Assembly: GCF_036321535.1 (NCBI RefSeq) | Contig: NC_087436.1 | Coordinates: 91,824,001 to 91,888,000, forward strand | Reading direction: 5' to 3' | Length of the DNA: 64,000 nt | Source: Camelus dromedarius | Lineage: Eukaryota | Shown: piece by piece, positions 22,953 through 35,895 of the stretch | Position numbering within the stretch: position 1 is the stretch's first letter | How the letters are laid out: each line of letters begins with the position of its first letter | Position numbers and translations under genes: made by a program | Notes under the pieces: model-generated | The model's database searches: none | Seen by the model: only the letters and a program-made list of their open reading frames with translations | Told to the model about the DNA's origin: nothing

Positions 22953-25100
22953 AGGTAGTGGATGGTGTGGAACACCACTGACATCCTCCACACAGATGGA
23001 GACACAGACTTGCCAACTGCTGTGAATACTGCCTGCTAAATAGTCACAGCTAAGTCCTTCTTTGGGAATTGCCCTTGACTGAAGAATGAGATCATACCTA
23101 AAGTTATATCTGTTTTCCCAGGACAGCCTGCATCCAGTGACTGGTCAGTGGGGGAGGGTAGAAATACTAAGCATCCATCCTCAGTCTGCAATAACGCTGA
23201 AGAGCCATCCCAGCTCCAGAATTCCCTCCTGGATAAGCTGAGACTTCTGTTCGGTCTTGTAGTTCAACTTTTCGTTCTGCTCTCACTTCTTCACAAGTGT
23301 TCCTGAGAGCACTCCTGAATACATTTCTTGCATACCAATTTCCTTCTTGAGACTATTTCCTGAGGAACCCAACTCAAACAATCACTTACCAGAAGTGATT
23401 GAGGAAGCAGAGTCTGAAAATGAGGATTTGGAGCTAGATCATCACCAGCTGGCTGGCAATAAGAAGGTCATCAAGGGTGGTAATGAAGTGGTGAGAGCAA
23501 CTCACATATTATAGCAGTGACATTTTAAAAATGTACATTGATTGTGAAGTGGGATGGGAAATCAATTAAAGAAAATGCACCAGCAGGTGCACTATCTCAG
23601 ACACTTGATAAATTCTGGAGAGGTTGCTATCATAAGGACAATGGAATAGGATGGCAGTTGCTTGTGCTGTTGATGCTTTGGAGAAAGAAATGAGATTTAC
23701 ATCTGCTGATGCCAGAAGCCAAGAAATCTAAGTGTCATATCTAGGGCTTAATGATAAGCAAAGCTGAGTTCCAGAAAAGGTCAGTTTGGCAACTCTAGTA
23801 ACTATGCTATGCAAAAAAACAGGGCTGAGATTAGGAAGGAGTAGAGTGGGACCCCAAAACTTTGGTGGAGACACCTGGATGGAGCAGTAAAGAATCAGAG
23901 ACCTGAGCTTCCCAAAACCTCTAAGGCTTTACAAGCAGCACACTCCTCCCTGTTACAGGCCAGCACTCTCCCATTTTTTAAAAGATGATGCAGAGGTCTC
24001 GCTCTGCCTTTTAGGACAACACACACTCCTCAGGATCTACCTGCACTCATCCTCCTAGTTACCAGACCAAAAATTAGGACCAACTCACAATATAATCCAG
24101 AGATATGCTGACCCACTGAAAAGGGAAAAAAATATTAGTCTAAAGGAGTCACAGGATACAACAAACGTATATTAGTAATACCCACAATAATATGTATAGT
24201 TGTGGAATCTGAAGAGCTGAATCAAGGTGGGTTAAGTACAAAGTTGGATATGGAAAAATTACTGATATGGGGATACTCTCTCCCTTATGAAAACCTGATA
24301 TAGGAGGAGAAAGGCCAATTCAGCGTATAAATGGGTCGGTCCATTACATGTATGCAAGCTGAAATATATATTGCTGATACAGAATAGTCTCTGTCAGGAT
24401 GGCCCTGAAAACTGCAATGTGAGAAATCATCCCAGTGGGAAAAGCTTTTGGCTCTGCACCTGCTCTATTCCATGACGTTTTGAGAGAGACATTGTCCAAG
24501 GTAAAATATGAATAAATTTATGTTAGAAATGACTTGATTTCTTATTCAGAGGCATAGAAAGACAAAGATTGGTGGATAAGAAGCAAGGAGTTCTAGGTGA
24601 AGCATGTAAATGGACTTATCTGAGTGGTCATGAAGCATAAAGATCTTTGCATCACAGGCCAGTGCCCATCAGAGAGAATGCACTGTGGGAGAGGCAATAA
24701 ACAACCAAGTAGACAGTATGCTGTAGTCAGTTGACATAAGCCAGCCTCTGTCTTTGGGCGTTCCTATCCTGTAACAATGGATTCTTGACCAAAGTAGTCA
24801 TGGTGGCAGCACTGAAGATTATTCATGGGCCTAAAACATGATGTCCCACCTACCAGTGCTGATCTAGCTACTGCAGAAACAAGGACCAATTCTGAGTCAC
24901 CGTATGACAACATCTCTTCAACCACATACTTGGTAGCAAGTTGATTTTTAGAACTGTCCACAATGAAAGGGGCAGCTCTTCATCTTGACTGGAATCAACA
25001 CTGATTCTGGTTTTGTGTTTGCTTTTCTTTTGGAGCATCAGTCAGCATCCAGGGAACCTGAACAAGAACACTCATGAAGTGACTGTCGGACATGTTCCAC
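22953..25100 (+). mobile_element. Decayed ERV-L provirus: LTR16-type 5' LTR (about 22953-23380) plus internally deleted internal region
   Basis: LTR16-like 'gggaattgcccttgactgaag...gccatcccagctccaga...gagagcactcc...gaacccaactcaaaca'. Gag-like segment about 24120-24280 (…NQGGLSTKLDME…DMGIL), followed by pol motifs (next feature). Confidence 0.85.
24285..25030 (+). pseudogene. ERV-L pol remnant (RNase H and integrase N-terminus), many stops and frameshifts
   Basis: Manual translation gives EKSSQWEKLLALHL at 24421 (cf. GKSSQWAELRAVHL) and MDLSEWS*SIKIFASQASAHQR...INNQVDSM at 24610 (cf. KIFVSHVNAHQR...NNQVDRM). It also gives QSSHGG...YSWA...ADLATA at about 24790 and KGQLFILTGINTDSGFVFAF at about 24967 (cf. 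KGQRFVLTGIDTYSGYGFAF). Confidence 0.85.
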
Positions 25101-28100
25101 AAAACAAAAATTAAACCAAGAAAGATGAACTCACAGGATTCAGTGATTACAAGTTCCAACAGAAGAGACAAATGAAGGGAAACCACAGATTGGCAGTGAA
25201 GGAAAATCCAAAATGACCATTGTGCAGCCATCTTAAACAGATATCATTCCAGAATCTTCCAGAAGAGACTTCTTACTAAAAGATTTAGGGGGAAAATCTG
25301 TCATGTGTGTGTGTCTGTGTGTCTGTTTGTGCCTGTGTGTGTGTATAGTACAGACACTCAAAAACTGGACGGAACCACATCTGTTAGGAAAATCTTGGCA
25401 AGAAATATATCAAAGCAAATAATTCTCTACATATTTTCCTAGTTAGTTTGTGAACTTATGCCTTGTTTTGTTCTTAAGAGAATTTCGTGAACTCAACTAA
25501 CTGTAACATTTTTATATATAATTTCCAATTTTTACTTCAGCTTAGCAAGGTGGGAATTAATATTATTTTTGCCTGTTTCAGAGTATAAATAGTATCTTTG
25601 AGGGTTAAATAACTTGTTCAAGGAGAATAAGTCGTACTCCAAACCAGAAAGTAGCTCTGTTAGAGTAATTATAAGTGATTCTTTTCTACCTCTGTTTAAC
25701 AAAGTTTCTGAAATATGGTTATGGTGATTTTATATTGAAAATAAGTTTGCAAATAAGAAAAAAAAATGAACTCAGTAGGTGTTCAATACATATTCATTGA
25801 ATTTTCAAGTGTAGCAGCAACACAGACAATTGTCATTCAAGAGCCTCTGGTTCCACTTGAAAGAGACTTGGTTAAATTTCATGCCAGGAAATTGTATTCT
25901 CAGCCTAAATTGTCCATACAATTTCAAGCAAGTATGTCATTTTCACTCTTTAATCTAATAACTCTGAATCATTGTGTTTAACAACTTAGTTACCCGCATT
26001 TCACAGCTGACTGAAGAGATTTTTATTTAAATAGTATAATAGATTTTATGTAACAAACATAGTATTTTGTAATAGTAGAAAGCAATCCTTTCGAATAGAA
26101 CAGAATATCGTCCTAATAAAAAATGTCACAGCTATCAGTTCCATTAGTAACTCTCGGGTCTTCTCTTTTCACTTTATATAATGTGCTCCAAGTGTACTAT
26201 ATACATAAAAAGGGAAATAAAACTGGTAGTTTTACAGCCTCTGGGTAGACAACCTTCTTCATAAAAGTAACTCGCGTTCACAGAGGAGATGAAAACTACA
26301 AGCAATGGGATGAATTTAGAGAATATACTGAGCTACAGGCCTGAGAAATACTGCCCTGTCACCCCCTCCCCTTCAAAATTATAAATGGAATTCATGAAAA
26401 AGAATTTCCTAGTATTTTCCTAAAGAATATACTATGCATTGCAATTGGGCTATCTTAAGAACTTAAACTGTACCTACTTAAAGTTTAATGAAATCATTTT
26501 CTTTATTTTAGCCACTCAGGATAAGAATGAACAGCAGCTATGTCCTCAATGGTCTAAATCAAACTTGTTTTGGGCAGCCATAGATTATTTTGGAAATCAT
26601 TATTTTGGAAAGTGAGTCGGTCAAATATCTCTCGGGGAACTTCACATATAAAGAGCATTGGGGTGTAAGCAGGTCTAATAACTATTACCCTTTCCTTCAA
26701 ATCGAGTCCAGAACTAACTAAGGGGTAGGGATGAGTCAAGCATCTGAAGGTGAAGGTATCACTTCTAGCGCTGATAATGTCAATATTGGAGCACGTGAAT
26801 TAGAGAAGGTGCTACAGAGGCAAAGTAGCGTCTTCTTCATCATTAGAGGAGTGAGTAAAAGGGAAGAGCAAAACTACGTGTTGCTCAAATAAAAGACTGA
26901 GTCATCCCTTTCAAACACATTGTCCTGGGCATTTATATGTGATCAAAAACCCGTAAGACTTCACCACTTTATGAGATGTAGTTAGTGATCAAGTGAGGAA
27001 GAGCAAATAGTAGCCCAAAAATCGACTGAAATTCTCATTTCCTCCCCACACTGAAAATTCATTCACGGCAGAAGTTGGCATGTACATCCTCAAATTCTAA
27101 GTCTGTTTTAGAAAATACTGAGCAAAACAAAATGAGAACATAAGGACAACACATGGCTTGGAGAAGTTAGAGGTCACCATTTGGTGGATGTTCAGGCCAG
27201 TGCCCCAGAGGATGGAGGGCTTAGTCAGTTTGAAGAAAAGAGTGGGATATTAAGAATGAAGAAAGAAGGGTTACAGGTTTTTTCAAGTGGACAAATGGTA
27301 TGAGTAAAACTACAAGGGTGTATTAATAATAAACAGTCTATTTTGAGAAGATGGGTAGACCTTATGGGCTGGAGGAAAAGGTCACATTGGGATGAAACTG
27401 TAATAGACAGAATGGAAGTCTAGAACTGAATTATTGAAGCAATTGATGGCTTTGGGTAAGGGTCAGTGGTTGCTTTGTTTTATACAATTGAAGAGACAGA
27501 AGGGAGCTACTGAAGGTTTTTAAGCAAAGTTGTAATTTTAAAAAATAGTATTTTAGAAGAAAAAATAAGCAGGCAGCAAACTACCAAGTAAATCAGAAGA
27601 ATATCAAACTTAGGATAGAGAGATAGAAAAGCACAATTGTCTCTCTTAGCCCCTCACTCCTTACTCGCATTTTTCCCAGTCTTGGACATCCAGACCCACC
27701 GTGATAATCAGATTAAAGGCATATATGTGAATGTATATACTGACATTCAAGTATTTTCAGTTTTAAAACTTTACATCAAAAATGATTTTTCTTTTATCAT
27801 ATAAGCTTGCGTTAGTTGACATATTTATGTTCAGCTCTTAAAATTATCTCCTGAAAATATTTAATAAAACTCAAAGAGATTCAGATGCAAAAAGCTCTTC
27901 TTACTTGCTTTTTCATTTTACCTCTCTTCTCATTCTATTTTTTTGTTTGTTTTTGAAAACCCATTTATTAGAAAATGTTTAGAAAATCTGATTTCATATG
28001 TGAGACCTGGCCTTTCATCTACCACATGGAGAGGTTCCATCCTGCTCTTTATTCCCTCATCCAGGTACTCAACATCTTTCCCTTCTCCTATTCCACGTGT

Positions 28101-28110
28101 TTACCTTGTG

Positions 28111-28480
28111 TGTTGTGATCACCCTGCACAAGCAGGGCGGACCCCTACTGCTTGGTTCAGATGTCAAAACTGGTGACACCACATACATACCAAAAGGGTA
28201 TGAAAAGTTTTATTAGTTACATAATAAGGCTTTTGGGGGATTTAAGGACAGGCTTTTCAAGAAAATGGCTTGAGAGGGAAAGGAAAGGAGACTGACTTGG
28301 GGTTTTCTACTGTGGTTAAGATCTATAACCAGGATGAGGATCCCAGTGTGTGGTCAGGGGCTTGCGTGGTTTGAATCAGCCACCAGAGACAAAAAAAAGA
28401 AAGTACCAGACTTTCTTATCAACTTTCCCAAACAAGGGGCATGAGGGAGAGGTAAGGGTTGTGAAATACCATCATTGTCT
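28111..28480 (-). mobile_element. ERVL LTR, MER54-like
   Basis: 'tgttgtgatcaccc...gggtatgaaaagttttattagttacataat...aaaatggcttgagaggg...aaaggagactgacttgggg' matches the recalled MER54 antisense sequence. Confidence 0.65.
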
Positions 28481-29125
28481 CTCATTTGCCTGTTGTCCCA
28501 GCCTCTCCAGTAGACTCCCTTCCTCTGTTCTATGCCATCTGCCGATCCATCTCTCCCCATCGTGCCAACCTTGTACACTTGGGTATCTGATGATGCCATG
28601 ACACTGTTCAAACTTCTTCAGTGGTCCTACATCCCTAAGTAGTAATTTTCTAATGTTCTCCTTGAGAATTTGGGGACTGAAATGTGGGGACTGAAGAATA
28701 TTTAAAGTGGTTCACAACAAGAGAAATAGTTTTGAAGTCTATTGTTTTATTTTAAATATCATGTTGATTTTGTCTTCCACTGCAAATAGTCATATGACCT
28801 CCGGTCCATAAAAATAATCTCCTACACACCACTTTAAAATAAACTAAAAATGTACAGCACAACTTCCTGGAGGGGTCACCACATTGATCCTACAGCTTTT
28901 GTACTTAACCAAGCATAATTTAGGGCATGTGTACTCAACTTAGAGAAGCATAACCTTATGCAATAGAATAGAAAGACTTCTGTTTAGTGCAGGAGATCCT
29001 TCACTCTCCTGAGTCATATCTATCTTCAGTCCTGTCATCTTTGTCTGCCTCTCCAAACCATATACAACAAGCACTTCATGTTGTAGTAACAATGGTGACC
29101 TCCATGTTTTCCTTCTCTGTGGCTT

Positions 29126-29655
29126 TTTCAGGTAGTTAGATAAGTGGGGGCACAGGGCAGATAAGGTGGAGGAGAGGTAGAAGGGTCCAAAACATGATGG
29201 TATGCCCGTCTTCAACATAAAGGGACTTTACTTCCTCTAAATGAGCCAGCAAGAGACCAGTCAGAACCTGATGGCTACAACTGCGTGGTACCAATGAGGA
29301 CCCAAACCAGACATGACCCAATGCTCATTGAAATATAATTAGCATTGCAGTTTAACAACAGCCCCATGGATTTTTCTGAGTGCCTCTGGGTAGAGGCTTG
29401 TGCAAAAGGGGACAAGCATACTAAGCACTCCAGGATTCAGAGCCATCAATCAATCAAGAGACCACCTCTCAGCAAAGGTATAAGAGAAGGGACAAAGACC
29501 ATTGCTATTCACTCTTTGATCAGCCTGCCTCTCACTCTTGGAGGTGTACTTTTGCTTTGCTAGTAAAATCTTTAAATCTTCACAACACTTTCATCTCCTG
29601 TCTGAATTCTTTTCTTCCCAGCAAGACAAGAACAAAGGCTTTTTCTCTTCCCCCT
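29126..29655 (+). mobile_element. ERV1-class solo LTR (MER50/MER41-related)
   Basis: 'ggtagttagataag...agggcag' 5' motif. 'atgctcattgaaata' (29321-29335) is identical to the reverse complement of 11344-11358. U5-like 'gtgtacttttgctttgc...ctgaattcttttct...caagacaagaac'. Confidence 0.6.
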
Positions 29656-32033
29656 TTGTGGTGTCCCCTCTATCTGAAGTGTCCTCCCCGCACCCCTTCT
29701 TAGACACAGCTCCTCTTGTGGGGCTTGATATACTTGATCTTCAAATTAAGAATTTTTCAGTCCTTCTTTGAAGTGTTCCCCTAGGTTTTCTCTAAAGATT
29801 ATACAAATCTACATTATAGCAAGGGTCTTGCCACTTTTGCATACCTGCCTTCCCCAAAGATTTTGTAGATAAGGACAACATCTTTCCAACTACACGGGCT
29901 GACACAGAGCCTGCTGCACAGCAGGGACTCAGGACACTTTAGTTAAGTGAATAAAGAAATATTTTTGAAGTGGCATTTGTGGTAATAATTGTTGCAGCCC
30001 ATCTTTTTAAATACTGTGAAAGAAACATCTCTAGTAATAATACAGTTGCAATTCTTAATTTATCTCATATGAAAGCTGATTTAAATACAGTTAAAATTAT
30101 AAGATTCATTTATTTTAAAAAAAAAGTATCATAAGAATGATCTACAGAGAAAAAAAAATTGGTAGTAGAACAGTCAGAAAGGAAGTAAAATAAAGAAGAA
30201 GCCTAAAGAAAAAGAAGAGTGTGAGCCTGGAAATAAATATGTAAAACCTCTCTGTGGACACTCCCAAAAGTGAGAAGCAGGGACAAGGAAGTGCACACAA
30301 CCGCTCAAGGCTGAGGGGTGTGGTGGGGGGAGAGAATTTACACAAATCACGAGCGAGTGAACTGGGGCAAGAGAGAGGCAAAAAAATTTAAATGTGAAGT
30401 AAGCCCATGAAAATATAATTATATGTGCTGATAAGGGGACAGTGGCTTCAGGTGGGCAGTGAGATAAGCTGAATGTGTTATTCTGTGCGTGTGTGATGGG
30501 AATACATAAGTGAAAGATGAACTTTCTACCACTGGTTATGAGTTATGTGTTGCAAAATGCGTATCCAAGTTGATTTTTGTAATGTGTTTCTATCCATATA
30601 GCACTGGAATTGTGGCTGTTGGGATATTTGTTTTCTATAAGCCCTTCTACTCACAAAGTAAGAAGAACATGAACAAAAATAAGGAAAATGAAGTGATAAT
30701 CAAAATAATAATGTAACATTTACGTTATAGTCCACAACCTCAGTTGTGTTAGAAATATTTTTTTCTCTGACATAAAGTAATTCCGGTTTTGAGCCCCATA
30801 ACACTCAGTTGGAAGAAAACAATCTTAGTCTTTTTTAGATCTCTCTTCCAACCCAACTCCCCAGGATCAAGAATCTAATGACCCTAGCAAAGAATGGAGA
30901 GAGACAAAGGGAAAGATCTAGACCTCACTAATCAATTCCTGAGCTCGCCTTTGAGATATCTACCACTCTGCACAGAAGTCAAGTCTCAATCTGGCAGCTC
31001 TCGGGGACCCTCTGCTCTTAGATGTACAGCTCTCTGCTCCCATCCTTCCTTCACAGTAATTTATTTCTAGATTCAGAGGGAATCCCTCTCACTTCAAGTT
31101 GTGGGTCAAGATATATTGCATCTACCCCAAATCCTTCCTTCCTCTGGAAGGAAGGGAAACCAAAAGCCAAGAGAATTGATGACTTCTTCTGTCAGCCCTT
31201 AAGTAAATGACATTTTGTTAAATGGGGAGGGATCAATAAACCATAAGGGAGAGAAAGATGATCTTCTCATAAACATTATCCTGCCTTAGGAGTTATCATT
31301 TATTGCATGCTTACTGCATGACAGCCATTGAGATCATCACTTCATGCTAGTTAGTGTGTTGGGTGGCATTGCTAATAAAGGGATTCTCTCATATTGAGAG
31401 AGAAAGTTCTCAGCAGGAGTCATGAGAAATTATGAGTTAAATTCACTGAATTCAGAAGCAAGTGCACAGAGGTCACTGACACACTGGGGAAAGGCAGAGA
31501 GAGCACAGAAAAGGAGGTGGAAAGGCTGCAGGAGTGTAGCAAGTTAAGGGCATAGTTGAAGCTTGACCAAGTAGAGCTTAGGGTTCAGCAAAGACTGAAT
31601 TAAGAATGAACCTGCTGAATCAGTAGTCCTTGGCAACAGAGCTCTCTCCTTATGCAAATGATGTTATCGTGGGAAAAAGTCATATGTTAATTAAATCAAT
31701 AGTAACTAGCAAGAGAGTATTTTGCAAAAAGATGCTGTCCAGGTAGTTCTAACATGGAAGAGAGTCTGGGAAGAATTTTTTAAAGAATTTTGTGAATCCA
31801 TCAAAGAATGATATAAAGAAAGAAAGAATTTGAGTTACATACGAAGAAATTAAGTTGGGTCTGTGTACTAGGGAACTTCTTCCATTCCAGACACTTATTT
31901 TGTCTGCTGATGGCTCCTTTCATTGACCAGGTAAAAAAACTAGATATATCCTAGGTCCACCCTCTTCCACTCTTCTGATCCTATCATTGCATGGAAGAAA
32001 GCCCTTAAGGGCAAAGGGAAATGGTTTAATGCT

Positions 32034-32224
32034 TGAAAGATAGCAGAATATGCCACCCCGAAATATGCCACATTGGGACAAGGATTATTTTGAACAAAAG
32101 TTACTTGGAAAACAGCAGGTGCCCATTCCTTTTTCTTTGTGAAAGTAGATCAAATCCCCATATAGAAAATGCTTTTTCTATACCAGAAGGAAGGTAATAT
32201 TTATATCATCAGAAACAGGGAGTC
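32034..32224 (+). mobile_element. MER34-like LTR 5' part, truncated at an L1
   Basis: 'tgaaagatagcagaatatgccaccccgaaatatgccacattgggacaaggattattttg' matches the MER34-family 5' signature. Confidence 0.7.
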
Positions 32225-33036
32225 TCACACTTACTAGAATGACTATCATTAAAAAATACAAGAGATAACAAATGACGGTGAAGATGTGAAGACAAGGGAA
32301 CCATTGGGTACTGTTAATGGTATGCCACCATAGAAAATAATATGGAGGTCCCTTAAAAATTAAAAGTAGAACTACCATATGACCCAGCTATCCCACTGGT
32401 GGATATATAACCAAGTGAAATGAAAACAGAATCTTGAAAAGAAATTTGCACCCCCATGCTCATTGTAGCATTGTTCATAATAGCCAAAATATAGAAACAA
32501 CCTAAGTGTCCATCGATAGATGAATAAATAAAGAAGGTGTGGTGTATATATACAATGGAATATTATTCAGTCCCTGGAGAGAAGGAAATCTGCCATTTGC
32601 AACAACACGGATTAATGCTGAGGATGTTATGCTAAGTGAAATAAGCCGGAGAAGAACAAATGCTGTGTGATCCCCCTTATATGCGGAACCTTAAAAAAAA
32701 TTGTCAATCTCATAGAAATAGAGAGTAGCATGGAGAATACCAAGGAGAATTGGGGGGGGGGTGTTGGTCAAAGTATACAAACTCCCAGTCATATAACAAA
32801 TAAGTTCTGGGGATCTAATGTACAGCTTGGTGACCATTGTGAGTAATACTGTATCATAAGCTTGAAAGTTGTTAAGAGAGTAGATCTTAAATGTTCTCAT
32901 CATGAAAAAGGAAGTGGTATGTATGGGATGGGGTGGTAATCATTTCACAATAAGTGTGTCAAATCAACATGGTGTACATCTTAAGTCTACACAATGTTAT
33001 ATGTCAACTCTATCTAAATAAAGTTGGGGAAAAAAT
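32225..33036 (+). mobile_element. L1 3' end (ORF2 C-terminus remnant, 3' UTR, polyA), L1MA9/10-like
   Basis: Translates [13 protein letters not shown]...ICTPMLIVALFIIAKI*KQPKCPSIDE*IKKVWCIYTMEYYS (L1 ORF2 C-terminus). 3' UTR 'gagagtagatcttaaatgttctcatca', with AATAAA at about 33017 and an A tail. Confidence 0.9.
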
Positions 33037-34164
33037 AAGCAGAGAAGAAAAAAAAGCAGGGAAGAAGAAAAAGACTGAGTTAGTTCATAAATAAAAACAA
33101 ATATGTCAATCAAAATGTGACGGATATATTAGAAAATGGCTAATAAAAATGAGTTTTTAAAAGATCATAGTCTATAAGAAAATGGAGTTTTAGAAGTAAG
33201 AAAACAAAAAAATGAAAAAATAATGTAAACACTAATGTTATTTCATTTGGAAAACTTTATATTCATTACCATGAACATGGTTTCAGAGGGAGCTCATATA
33301 CTTCAGAAGGTCATAGAATAATGGCTATTATTTTTTTGATTCATACATGAAATGTTTAAAGGACATGGAGTAAGAAATCAATATTAAAGAGCTGCTGTGC
33401 AATTTTAAGATTAGATGCTTACTATATATATATATAATTTATATAGTATAGCATTTTGATAAAAATCCATTTAATTGAAATAGTAAATAATAACTTGCTA
33501 TATTACAGATGCAATAGTTAAAATAATTCATTTTATTTTTTAATAAAAATTCAGATGAAACACAAGGACCCAGCAGTGAAAAATCTTTCTTTATCTAATT
33601 TTGCTTTCTCTGTCTCCTAACTGGCAGCCGTGGGATCGGGGTATGAACTGTGTTTGGGAGGAGGTGACACTTGAAGATGCCAGAAAAGAGTGAAGTATAT
33701 GATGCAAAGTGAAAACGAAACTGCAAAATGTCAAAAAGACAAAGAACTAAACCTCGCTTCCTTCAGCTTGTCAAACTCAGTTTCCTCTGCTACGTGCAAA
33801 CGATCTTTTGGAAAATAATTAAGTTCAAGAGATGACAAGGTCTAAAATGATTTCTGAGGTTACTAGAATTCTCAGTGAACATTTCAAGGTATGTAGGTAT
33901 ATCTGAATGTCACACAAAGCTCATACTGTGTACGTGGATTAAGAAAGAAGTCCAAAAAGAGCAAGAGGGGTTTCTGTCAACATCCGCTACCAGCGCCAAA
34001 GGCAACCCAAACTCTGAACGTTTTCGGGACAGGGAGAGAGAGCAAGGACTGGCTAGGAGTAAGATTTAAAGCCACCATTTCTCTACTTGTAGTTTACTAA
34101 GAAATCAGTTCTAAGAAACGTGTTTTTCAAGAAAGTAGACTACTTTGTCTCCTTTTTTGGGTTT

Positions 34165-34540
34165 GTTTTAATTTCAGCTTCATTCAGGTATAACTGACAT
34201 ACAAAATAGTAAGAAATTTGAAGTGGATATTGTGGTGATTTCATATACATATACATTGTGAAAAGATTAACTTAGTAAATTAACACACACATCACCTTAT
34301 ATATTTATCTTTTCTTTTTCTTTCTTTTTTTTTTTTTGATGAGAATATTTAAGTTCTACTATCTTAGTAAATTTAAATTACACAACAGTGTCATTAAAGG
34401 CAGTCACCATGTTTTACATTTGGTCCTCTGAACTTACTCATGTTATAGCTAAAAGTATGTATCCCTTTACCAGTCTCTCCCTAGTTTCCCCACTCCCTAA
34501 TCCCTGAGAAACACTTATCTACTCTCTGTTTCCATGTTGT
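34165..34540 (-). mobile_element. L1 3' UTR fragment (L1MA-type)
   Basis: 'ggtataactgacatacaaaa...atacattgtgaaa...gatgagaatatttaagttctac...agtcaccatgttttacatt...ctactctctgtttcc'. Confidence 0.8.
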
Positions 34541-35499
34541 GTTTTGTTTTATAATCTGCAAAACAACACAAGTTTATGGTGATTTTGGTAAAGATTCCAG
34601 GAACAATTTTTACAAAACAAAAGTTTTTGCTGTAATATATATAGTGATAAAGGAAAAGATTACAGAAAGGAAAAAGTTGCTTACAATAAAAATCGTTTAA
34701 TTCTTTGCAGATTTGCTTACACAAGACCCTACCTGTTAATATGTAGTAACATGGAAAAGAGAGTTGTCATAGCCACATAAAGCAATGTTCCTCAAACTGA
34801 CATCTTTGGACAAGTAGTCATATTGGTTGGTAAAATACTGAAATACTTAGATTCGTATGGTAAATATCTTCTGTCCTATGTGCCCTGAGTGCCTTCCTAC
34901 TAAGTTAGCTGTGAAGCCCTGGAATCTCTTATGGGTCCGGGTCTGACATAACTAAAAGATATTTTTTCTTCATATAAGTGCTTTTCCTGTTCCCAAATTT
35001 TGTGCCCACATAGATATGACTGTCTGGAGAAACTGCATTTTTTTTTTTAATTGACACAAAGAAGCTGTCTAAGCTGGCAATGCCACTCACCTATTTCAGA
35101 AACTGACTATGCACTTGCCTAGCCACCAGCTATACATAGCTAGTGCAAAGTAACCACAAAACACTTCTAACGGTCATCTACAAGACTGAATGTTGCAGTT
35201 TCTCCAGACAGAAACTCCTTGGTGACTCCAGCTTCAGCCCTCTCTGAGATCCATCCTGGCACTAGCTTGTAACCAAGCATTGCCATTTTATTTCAATGCT
35301 TATATTTGCATGTAAATTTAAGATTAAATTATACCAAGTAATTACCAAAAATGAGAAAATTTTATTTCTAATGTATTAGTAAAAACATCCAGCTGCCAAT
35401 AGACAGGCAAGTCTAAATGCCAAAATGACAATTATCCTGTACTCATGTTGAGTTCTTCTAGTGGTTATAAAGACAAAACTCATTTGCTCAGTATAACAA

Positions 35500-35895
35500 A
35501 CATGGGCTTGGCAGAAAATACATTGTACATTCAAAGGGTATAAGTGAATGAAGATGGTTTGATGAAGGGAGTATTCACTAATGTACACTGGGACTAGCAA
35601 GAGCAAGGAGCTGTTACCACGCCTAAACCCAAGAGGGTAGATGGGGGAACAGTGTTACCAGAATCCAGGAAAAGCCAGAGGCAATCTGGCTCTGACTGAG
35701 CCAGTCAGCCTCTAACTGAGGCTGGCTCAGAGGAACCAGGAGAATAAATACCCGTAACTGAATTGTCCCAGCTCCCCAATCTTCAGCCAGCACTCAGCAC
35801 AAATGGAAGCCAAATATCAGGGGAAATGCTCAGAACCACAATCTCACTGTGAAAGAAAAGAACAAGGAATGTGAATAGACTTAAAGACAGAGGCA
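35500..35895 (-). mobile_element. Old ERVL LTR (LTR40/41-like) remnant
   Basis: 'cattcaaaggg...gtttgatgaagggagtattcac...gggactagcaagagcaaggagctgttaccacgccta...gttaccagaatccag...ggagaataaataccc...ggaagcca'. Confidence 0.5.

Noticed and set aside
26731..26892. 53-codon ATG ORF (MSQASEGEGITSS...)
   Set aside because: The length is within chance expectation, with no recognisable homology and no promoter evidence.
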